A stretch of 32,000 nucleotides of DNA from Telmatocola sphagniphila (GTDB lineage: Bacteria; Planctomycetota; Planctomycetia; Gemmatales; Gemmataceae). Position 1 is the first letter of the stretch, and every line of letters starts with the position of its first letter. The stretch is from NCBI RefSeq assembly GCF_018398935.1, contig NZ_CP074694.1, positions 660,001 to 692,000 of the forward strand, in the 5' to 3' direction. A program made the position numbers and the translations under genes. Positions 18,604-27,133 of this stretch are shown here, piece after piece. The notes beneath the pieces were generated by a model. That model was not told where the DNA came from. It worked only from the letters and a program-made list of their open reading frames with translations, and did no database searches.

Positions 18604-18616
18604 TGATCTTTGACAA
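18604..18616 (+). promoter_or_regulatory. boxA-like antitermination element in the rRNA leader
   Basis: TGATCTTTGACAA matches the E. coli rrn boxA TGCTCTTTAACAA at 11 of 13 positions. It sits immediately 5' of the processing-stem arm, the canonical position. Confidence 0.4.
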
Positions 18617-18648
18617 ATTGGTTGTGTAGAGAGCCTAAATCGAGAGTG
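18616..18648 (+). other. 5' arm of the 16S precursor processing stem (RNase III-type helix)
   Basis: AATTGGTTGTGTAGAGAGCCTAAATCGAGAGTG pairs with the trailer at 20372-20401. About 28 bp form in blocks of 7, 6, 3, 3 and 9 bp with small bulges. Confidence 0.65.
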
Positions 18649-18786
18649 GGCAAAACTAATGTCATAAGACATTAAGGCTGCTCATTCTCTCATGCGAAAG
18701 CATGGAATACTTTGAGTAGTCCTTTAGGTCAGATGATTAAACACTCAGTTGTTATTTAAATGGCGAAAGCCATGCGAAAACAATAT

Positions 18787-20300
<1,514 letters not shown>

Positions 20301-20371
20301 CTAAGGAATATCCAAAGCATCTCTCTTAGTACCTCTCACAGGTACATAAAGAGGATAGCTCACATGAAACT

Positions 20372-20401
20372 CACTCTCGACTAGTCTACTACACACCAAT
20401 T
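20372..20401 (+). other. 3' arm of the 16S precursor processing stem
   Basis: CACTCTCGACTAGTCTACTACACACCAATT is complementary to 18616-18648. Confidence 0.65.
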
Positions 20402-20421
20402 TGCTTAGATATAAACAAGAA

Positions 20422-20451
20422 CCCCGCTGAGTAAAATCAGCGGGGTTTTTT
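20422..20451 (+). terminator. Rho-independent terminator directly after the 16S trailer
   Basis: CCCCGCTGA (20422-20430), loop GTAAAA, TCAGCGGGG (20437-20445), then TTTTTT (20446-20451). Confidence 0.8.
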
Positions 20452-20461
20452 GTTGTACCTG

Positions 20462-21158
20462 CCCAACCAAAACATTTTTAAATCCCCCACTGATCCCCGG
20501 ATTTTATCCCAGTATCTAAGCGGTACCCCTCCTGGGTTATTTTGTGAATGAAATCCGTGGAATTGTGGAATTGAAAACCGAGAGGGGTTTCAGAAATCAG
20601 CACCGGGTCAGCGCAGCGTCACCCGGTGTATAAATTGATGAAGTTTGTCAAATTTCCACCCGGCCAAATAGATCCCTCGAATCAAATACCTCCCCCGGAT
20701 ATCATCCGGGGCTTTAGTCTGTAACCCCTCCGGGGTTTATTTGCATCGTGAAAACCCAGAGGGGTTTCAGAAATCAGCACCGGGTTAGCGCAGCGTCACC
20801 CGGTGTATTAATTGATGAAGTTTGTCAAATTTCCACCCGGCCAAATAGTTCCCTCGGATCAAATAGCTCCCCGGATTTCATCCGGGGCTTTAGTCTGTAA
20901 CCCCTCCGGGGTTTATTTGCATCGTGTAACCCCGGAGGGGTTTCAGAAATCAGCACCGGGTCAGCGCAGCGTCACCCGGTGTATAAATTGATGAAGTTTG
21001 TCAAATTTCCACCCGGCCAAATAGTTCCCTCGGATCAAATACCTCCCCCGGATTTCATCCGGGGCTTTAGTCTGTAACCCCTCCGGGGATTATTTGCATC
21101 GTGAAACCCCGGAGGGGTTTCAGAAATCAGCACCGGGTCAGCGCAGCGTCACCCGGTG
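20462..21158. repeat. Non-coding tandem array of a ~177-bp unit: one degenerate copy, three full copies and a 45-bp partial copy
   Basis: The anchor GGGGTTTCAGAAATCAGCACCGGG recurs at 20584, 20761, 20937 and 21114, giving periods of 177, 176 and 177. Full copies are about 95% identical by eye. 20462-20583 is a diverged partial copy with an insertion. No ORF of 60 aa or more lies in this region. Confidence 0.9.
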
Positions 21159-21247
21159 AACTAATATGCCCCATCCGGTGAACTAATATGCCCCACCCGG
21201 TGAACTAATATGCCGCACCCGGTGAACTAATATGCCCCACCCGTTGG
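21150..21247. repeat. Four exactly phased 22-bp direct repeats (iteron-like) plus a 10-nt partial fifth
   Basis: The copies are CACCCGGTGAACTAATATGCCC (21150), CATCCGGTGAACTAATATGCCC (21172), CACCCGGTGAACTAATATGCCG (21194) and CACCCGGTGAACTAATATGCCC (21216), then CACCCGTTGG. Confidence 0.9.
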
Positions 21248-21297
21248 ATTAAAAAGATTGATAAGGATCACTCACTCGAAATAAAATCCAATCACCC

Positions 21298-23085
21298 CTA
21301 CATCCGCTCTACCGTCCGAATCGCTAACAGATTCAATACCAGGCTGATTGTCCGGGCTGTTAAATCGCACAGTACCAACCGACTATTTTTCAGTTCATCG
21401 CTACTGGCTTTCAGCACGCTACAATTCGGCGAGGCATAAAAACTTGCAAGAGCCTTAGAAACTTCCCATAAATAGCTGGTCAAAGCATGCGGGGCATATT
21501 CGGCCTCGGCGGTAATCAGAGCTTCATCCAGTCTTAAGAGTTGCAAGGCGAGAGCTCTTTCTTGCGGTTCGCCGAGAATCACCGGATGATTTTGCTTCTG
21601 AAATGCCAGTTCCTCCACTTCCGATTCCCGGAAAATGCTCCGGCACCGGGCATAGGCGTACTGGTTGTATGTTGCCGTATTACCATCGGTTGCCAGCATT
21701 TTCTCGTAGCTGAAAACATAATCACTGGTCCGATTCTGACTCAGATCCGCGTACTTCACAGCTCCCAGGCCAACAACTTCTGCAATTTCCTGAATCTCGG
21801 CATCGCTTAACTCAGGTACCCGAAAGCCGCGTTCTTCTCGTTCGGACCGACTCGCTTCGTATTTCTCCCGACCCTGGCGAATCGCTTCGTCCAACAGTTC
21901 ATTCAGTTCGATCGGTTCGCCGGAGCGCGTTTTGATCGGTCGTTTATCTTCTCCCAGCACCGAACCAAATGAAACGTGCGTCAGTTCGATGTTTGGGTAA
22001 CCCCAGCGTTTGGCGGCGGTAAAAAGTTTCTTGAAATGATCGCCCTGCCGAAAATCGACTACGTAAAGGCAGCAATCCGCTCGGAAATGCTCGACCCGGT
22101 ACTTGATCGTTGCCAGATCAGTGGTGGTATAAGTGTAGGCCCCATCGCTCTTTCGGATCAGCGATACCGATTTCTCGTTCTCGGCGATAACAATTGCCCC
22201 TTGGCTTTCCTGGGCGATTCCTTTTTTCAGGCAATCCGCTACCACATCGGCCAGCATCGGGTTGTAGAAGCTCTCTCCGAGTTCATGATCGAAATGAACG
22301 TCGAGTCTTCGATAAATAATGTGGACTTCTTCCAGACACGCCGGCATGAACTCTTTCCAGAGCCGATTGTTCTCAGGGTCTCCTTGATGGAGTTTCACGG
22401 TCTCCTGTCGATAAGCCTGGACGACCGGATTGGCCGTATCTCCCTCGTCTTCATCGCTTTTCGCTTCGCCCAGTTTGCGGACGAGTTTGTAGAGTCGAGC
22501 TAACTCACTCACCGGGTCTTTTTCGTAAGCCGCCTTATCCAAGTGATTCTTGTAACCATACAGTAGCATGCCGAACTGAGTGCCCCAGTCGCCCAGGTGG
22601 TTGTCCGCAATCACCTGATGTCCCCGAAATTCCAGCAGCCGATGCAACGCTTCCCCGATGATTGTGCTGCGTAAATGTCCGACGTGCAATGGTTTAGCTA
22701 CGTTCGGACCCGAGTAATCGATGACGATTTTTCGCGGCGAGGAAGCTCGGGAAGCCCCTAGTCGATCATCCGAGCGAATCTGGGACAGGGCTTGAGCCAG
22801 AAACGCATCCGACAACTTCAGATTGATGAATCCCGGACCGGCCAAGTTGGCCGAGGCGATCAGGCCGTCTTTGGGCAATTCCGAGATGATTTCCGAGGCC
22901 AATTCTGGCGATTTTTTATTGAGCGTTTTTGCCAGCGGCATTGCAAAATTGGCTTGATAGTCGGCCAAGTCCGGATTTTGTCCGGGGCGAATCATCCCCA
23001 GATACCCGAGGAGTTTCGATTCGTCCTCGACTCGTTTAGCCAGGATCGGTCGGAATACAGATCGAAGTTGCTCAATCAGGTTCAT
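21298..23085 (-). CDS. argS: Arginine--tRNA ligase
   Basis: 595 aa. The class I HIGH region is KPLHVGHLRSTIIGE. The anticodon-binding C-terminal domain ends in the typical ...RTVERM. Confidence 0.95.
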   Translation of the reverse strand: MNLIEQLRSVFRPILAKRVEDESKLLGYLGMIRPGQNPDLADYQANFAMPLAKTLNKKSPELASEIISELPKDGLIASANLAGPGFINLKLSDAFLAQALSQIRSDDRLGASRASSPRKIVIDYSGPNVAKPLHVGHLRSTIIGEALHRLLEFRGHQVIADNHLGDWGTQFGMLLYGYKNHLDKAAYEKDPVSELARLYKLVRKLGEAKSDEDEGDTANPVVQAYRQETVKLHQGDPENNRLWKEFMPACLEEVHIIYRRLDVHFDHELGESFYNPMLADVVADCLKKGIAQESQGAIVIAENEKSVSLIRKSDGAYTYTTTDLATIKYRVEHFRADCCLYVVDFRQGDHFKKLFTAAKRWGYPNIELTHVSFGSVLGEDKRPIKTRSGEPIELNELLDEAIRQGREKYEASRSEREERGFRVPELSDAEIQEIAEVVGLGAVKYADLSQNRTSDYVFSYEKMLATDGNTATYNQYAYARCRSIFRESEVEELAFQKQNHPVILGEPQERALALQLLRLDEALITAEAEYAPHALTSYLWEVSKALASFYASPNCSVLKASSDELKNSRLVLCDLTARTISLVLNLLAIRTVERM

Positions 23086-23229
23086 TCAGAATATTCTCGA
23101 TGCTCGTGTTAAAAACGACCGCTGATGGTTGGGTATAGCGAAGCCGTGGCTTCGCGGAACCCACTGTTGACAGGATTTTCTTAGGAAATGAAGGGGAAAG
23201 ATAGGGCGATCAGCGTCACCGCCTACAGG

Positions 23230-23727
23230 CTAGTAACGCTCCCAATCCACTTTCGGAGCATCGCTCCAAAGCTCTTCGAGGCGGTAGAAATCGCGCGTTT
23301 CCGGATCGAAGACGTGCACCAGGATATCGGTGTAGTCCTGGATGATCCATTTGCTCGCCTCGTAGCCTTCGATGCCGTGACGTACGTCGCCTTCGGCTTT
23401 CAACACATCGTCGATTTCCTCGGCGATATTGTGGATCTGGCGACGGCTGGCCCCAGTCGTCAGCACGAAGAAATCGTAGAGCGGGTGCGCTCTTCGCATA
23501 TCGAGCACGATGATGTCCTTAGCTTTATTATCGCGGGCACTTCGGGCGCATATGCAAGCCCGTTCAAGAGCACTTTTCAGTGCAGGTTTCGAAATGGGGG
23601 CAGTCAAAGTTTCTGTTGCCAAAGGCCCTCCTTGAATCAATTCAAAGTTCGGAAGGTGGCTTTCGAGCAACGCATTTTCCCAAACACGGTCACTGGCTGA
23701 TTCCACCTCCAGAATATGTGCGGACAT
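23230..23727 (-). CDS. rsfS: Ribosome silencing factor RsfS (iojap family)
   Basis: IVLDMRRAHPLYDFFVLTTGASRRQIHNIAEEI...GYEASKWIIQDYTDILVHVF..E.R.FY.LE.LW is the RsfS core. AAGGAAG lies 8 nt upstream of the ATG at 23727. Confidence 0.85.
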   Translation of the reverse strand: MSAHILEVESASDRVWENALLESHLPNFELIQGGPLATETLTAPISKPALKSALERACICARSARDNKAKDIIVLDMRRAHPLYDFFVLTTGASRRQIHNIAEEIDDVLKAEGDVRHGIEGYEASKWIIQDYTDILVHVFDPETRDFYRLEELWSDAPKVDWERY

Positions 23728-23909
23728 ATATATCTTCCTTTGATCGACGAAAAAGGTCAAGCGGCTTCCGGGGAATTCCCTTGGGAAACACGAATTTTCA
23801 AAAGCTCTTCTACTTTAAAGACAGGACATGTCCTCTCGGGTTCTCGCAAAAATTACCGGACATTCGCAGGTCCGAACGGTATATTCGAACGACATAAGGA
23901 GTTTGAATT

Positions 23910-24893
23910 ATGCAGAAAGTGTTGATCTCTCCCGCACCGCTTGCCACTATGCCCGGGCCCTATCGCGATATTCTCACGGAGTCGGGATTCGAGTTGGTCT
24001 TCCCGCCGCGCCGCGCCCAAATGACCGAGGCAGAGACCATCGAATCTCTGCAAGGCTTGAAGGCTGTGGTGGCCGGGTCGGAACGCTACACGCCCAAAGT
24101 GCTGGATGCTTTACCCGATCTGAAAGTTATCGCCCGGGTCGGCGTCGGCTACGATGCGGTGAACATTCCCCACTGCACCGAAAAGGGGATAGTCGTGGCC
24201 TACGCTCCTGGTGCGAATAATCAGGCCGTCGCCGAGCAGACGCTGATGGCCGTTTTGGTACTGGCGAAAAGCCTGATGACTCAGGATGCCGCCATCCGAC
24301 AGGGGCTTTGGCCTCGACAGGGCTATCTGCCGGTTCGCGGGGCAACTCTGGGAATTGTGGGTTTAGGTCGGATCGGGAAAGCGGTGACTGTGCGTGCAAA
24401 AGCCTTCCGCATGAATGTAATTGCCTGCGATCCGGTGGTCGATGAATCTTTTAACCGCGCTCACGATGTTACCATGCTTAATTTTGAGGAAGTGCTAGCG
24501 AAATCCGATTATCTGACCTTTCACGTCCCCAGTTTGCCCAGCACATACAAGATGATTCGCTCCGAAACTTTGAAGCTGATGAAGCCGACCGCTTTTCTGA
24601 TCAACACCTCACGCGGACCCGTCGTAAACGAAACGGATCTGGTAGAAGCTCTGGAAAAGAAAAAGTTGGCCGGGGCCGCACTGGATGTTTTCGATCCCGA
24701 ACCCCCGCCCGCAAATCACCCGCTTTACAAGTTCTCAAATGTGATTCTAACCGCTCACACCGCTGGCGTTGATCAGCAAGCCCTGCAGGATCTGGCTTAT
24801 TCCGCCGCAGCTTCGATAGTCAAGTTGTCCCAAGGGGAATGGCCGGCGGAGCAGATAGTGAACGGAGACGTCCGGGCGAAATTCAAGTGGTGA
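23910..24893 (+). CDS. D-isomer-specific 2-hydroxyacid dehydrogenase (phosphoglycerate/glyoxylate reductase-like)
   Basis: The NAD fold is GIVGLGRIGKAV. The catalytic contexts are NTSRG, LDVFDPEP and TAHTAG. Confidence 0.8.
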   Translation: MQKVLISPAPLATMPGPYRDILTESGFELVFPPRRAQMTEAETIESLQGLKAVVAGSERYTPKVLDALPDLKVIARVGVGYDAVNIPHCTEKGIVVAYAPGANNQAVAEQTLMAVLVLAKSLMTQDAAIRQGLWPRQGYLPVRGATLGIVGLGRIGKAVTVRAKAFRMNVIACDPVVDESFNRAHDVTMLNFEEVLAKSDYLTFHVPSLPSTYKMIRSETLKLMKPTAFLINTSRGPVVNETDLVEALEKKKLAGAALDVFDPEPPPANHPLYKFSNVILTAHTAGVDQQALQDLAYSAAASIVKLSQGEWPAEQIVNGDVRAKFKW

Positions 24894-24911
24894 TCGGGCG
24901 ACCAAATTTCA

Positions 24912-25661
24912 TTACAGGATATCCATGATAATGCAGGAGACGTTGTCTCGGGAGCCGCTATCCAAAGCGAGTTGACCCAGACCGTCCGCACAGGCTTGCG
25001 AATCGGTTTGCGTGCCGACAAAATTCAAAAGTTTGTCATCCGGGACTACGCCGTGCAGACCGTCGGAGCAGAGCAGGAAACGATCCCCCTGTTGCAGCGG
25101 AACTACCGTCACTTCCGGGCCATCTCCGACTTCTTTGCTGCCGAGGTATTTCCAAAGGACGTTGCGGAACTTATGCTCTCGGGCCTCGGCGGCTGAAATC
25201 GTTTTCGCTTCCACCAGAGCTTGAGCTAAAGAGTGATCGACGGTCAACTGGGAAATCTTGCGATTGCGAATCAGGTAGGTTCGGCTGTCGCCAACGCCGG
25301 TGACGAAGAGTTCCTGACCTTTACGCCAGACGGCCACGACCACGGTCGTGCCCATGTTCTTCATTTCCTTATCCAGCGAACCCATCGCCATGATTTCTTC
25401 ATTGGCGGTGACAATCGCTTTGCGGATAATGGTTTTCGTCTGCTCGATATTTACGGCCGGCGAGAGATGTTTCCGCAATTCGCGGGGTATGATGTCGATG
25501 GCTTTTTTACTGGCGACTTCGCCAGCGTTCTGGCCGCCCATACCGTCCGCAACAATACACACAATCAAATCGGGGAACAGTTTGACTTCGATAGAATCTT
25601 CGTTGTTTTCACGGTAATTCCCGAGAAGTGTGCATTTACCGATGTTCAGCGACAATGCCAT
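24912..25661 (-). CDS. PP2C-family Ser/Thr protein phosphatase
   Basis: RENNEDS, ADGMGGQNAGEVAS, CSDGL and GSRDNVSCI are PP2C metal-binding motifs. Confidence 0.85.
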   Translation of the reverse strand: MALSLNIGKCTLLGNYRENNEDSIEVKLFPDLIVCIVADGMGGQNAGEVASKKAIDIIPRELRKHLSPAVNIEQTKTIIRKAIVTANEEIMAMGSLDKEMKNMGTTVVVAVWRKGQELFVTGVGDSRTYLIRNRKISQLTVDHSLAQALVEAKTISAAEAREHKFRNVLWKYLGSKEVGDGPEVTVVPLQQGDRFLLCSDGLHGVVPDDKLLNFVGTQTDSQACADGLGQLALDSGSRDNVSCIIMDIL

Positions 25662-25915
25662 GCGAACAACTCCTCGCCTGTCAACGCTATCAACTGTGCC
25701 AGGCGAAAGTTATGAAATTAAAATGCTGCGCAAGCCAGCAACTACAGGGAACTTCCTTGCAACCTACTATCACGTTACCAAATATAGTATGTGTGACAAA
25801 GTGTAAATCCACAAGTCAGATAGGATGCTAGCTGAAAAACTCGCTTTCTCCTCTTGCGAATTCTGCCGATATATTCGATATTCTCGTCAGAGTCCAAGTG
25901 TGAACGGAGAATTGC

Positions 25916-27073
25916 ATGGATGCGATGCCCCGGCCCAGGCTGGCCCTGGTGCACGATTGGCTGACCGGAATGCGCGGCGGAGAGAAGTGTCTGGAGGTTC
26001 TCTGCCGGGAGTTTCCGGGTGCGCCGATTCATACCCTGATCCACCAAGTTGGCTCGACCTCACCTGAAATCGACTCGCATCCTGTCAAATCGAGTCGGCT
26101 CAATCATCTGCCGAAAATCGAGCGCTATTACCGATATCTTTTACCACTCATGCCCTGGGCCGCCCGCTGGAATGTCCGCGACTGCGATCTGGTTTTGAGT
26201 TTCAGCCACTGCGTGGCCAAGGCCGCCGTACCTCCTCCGGGAATCCCGCATGTCTGCTACTGCTTTACCCCGATGCGTTACGCGTGGCATATGAAGGAGC
26301 AGTATTTCGGTTCGGAACGGGTCTCCTTGAAGACTCGGGGAATCGACATAATTTTAAGCCGCATCCGGGAGTGGGATCGCAAAATCAGTACGCGGGTTAC
26401 CCATTTTATTGCTATTAGTCGAACGATCCGGGACCGGATCCGGGATTCCTACGATCGCGACAGCACGGTGATTTATCCTCCCGTGGATACCAAGTTCTAC
26501 ACTCCAACAAACATTCGTCGGGAGAACTTTTTTCTCGTGGTCTCGGCTTTCGCTCCTTACAAGCGATTGGATCTGGCACTGGAGGCCTGTCGACGGCTGG
26601 GACGAAAGTTAGTGCTCATCGGCAAAGGGCAGAACCTACAGAAGCTGAAAAATCAATACGCTGGCGATGATCGGATTCAATTTCTGGGCTGGCAATCAGA
26701 TCAGACGATCCGGGACTATCTGCGACGCTCCCAGGCACTACTGTTTCCCGGAGAGGAAGATTTCGGGATTGTTCCCCTGGAGGCGAACGCCTGCGGAACT
26801 CCCGTGATCGCTTACGCTCGGGGAGGGGCCACAGAGACGATCAAGCCTCTTGCGGGTTCGGCGGAGCCTACGGGAGTGTTCTTTGACGAACAGTCGGTGG
26901 ATAGTCTCGTCGCGGCCATCGAAACGTTCGAGAGGAGTCGCAGTGCGTTTTCTCCGTTAGCCGCTCGAGCGAATGCACAGAAGTTCAGTCAGGATCGCTT
27001 TCGGCGCGAAATGCTCGATTATATATCGAGTGTGCTGGCGGAAGATGGTCAGCGTCAGAGACGGGCGGCCTAA
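25916..27073 (+). CDS. GT-B fold glycosyltransferase (family 4-like)
   Basis: The N-terminus has LALVHDWL..MRGGEK. The C-terminal E-x7-E region is EEDFGIVPLEANACGTPVIAYARGGATET. An alternative ATG lies at 25925. Confidence 0.8.
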   Translation: MDAMPRPRLALVHDWLTGMRGGEKCLEVLCREFPGAPIHTLIHQVGSTSPEIDSHPVKSSRLNHLPKIERYYRYLLPLMPWAARWNVRDCDLVLSFSHCVAKAAVPPPGIPHVCYCFTPMRYAWHMKEQYFGSERVSLKTRGIDIILSRIREWDRKISTRVTHFIAISRTIRDRIRDSYDRDSTVIYPPVDTKFYTPTNIRRENFFLVVSAFAPYKRLDLALEACRRLGRKLVLIGKGQNLQKLKNQYAGDDRIQFLGWQSDQTIRDYLRRSQALLFPGEEDFGIVPLEANACGTPVIAYARGGATETIKPLAGSAEPTGVFFDEQSVDSLVAAIETFERSRSAFSPLAARANAQKFSQDRFRREMLDYISSVLAEDGQRQRRAA

Positions 27074-27075
27074 AC

Positions 27076-27103
27076 GAAAAAAGCTCTGGAGAATCTCCAG
27101 AGC
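27076..27103 (-). terminator. Terminator hairpin serving mainly the minus-strand repeat-protein gene
   Basis: GCTCTGGAG (27083-27091), loop AAT, CTCCAGAGC (27095-27103). The A7 run at 27076-27082 supplies the U tract on the minus strand, 30 nt after the TAA at 27134-27136. Confidence 0.6.
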
Positions 27104-27133
27104 CTTCGATGTTTCAGTCTAGGTCGGAATCAA

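Noticed and set aside
18610-18615. A second consensus TTGACA as an rRNA P2 promoter -35
   Set aside because: No acceptable -10 hexamer lies 16-18 nt downstream (GCCTAA / CCTAAA). The hexamer is better explained as part of the boxA-like element TGATCTTTGACAA.
20638-20724. A 28-codon mini-ORF (MKFVKFPPGQI.PS.QIPPPD.IRGFSL) present in each 177-bp unit
   Set aside because: It has no Shine-Dalgarno sequence. The three differences between the unit 1 and unit 3 versions are all non-synonymous (D/V, N/D, I/F). The unit 2 copy is frameshifted by a 1-nt deletion. This pattern argues against selection for a peptide.
20462-21158. The repeats read as template/variable repeats of a diversity-generating retroelement or a retron
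   Set aside because: There is no reverse transcriptase gene anywhere in the window. The differences between copies are not adenine-specific, and no target gene overlaps the repeats.
20462-21247. The repeat block read as a CRISPR array
   Set aside because: The units are contiguous ~177-bp and 22-bp tandem repeats with no unique spacers between them. The repeat length and structure do not fit CRISPR, and there are no cas genes in the window.
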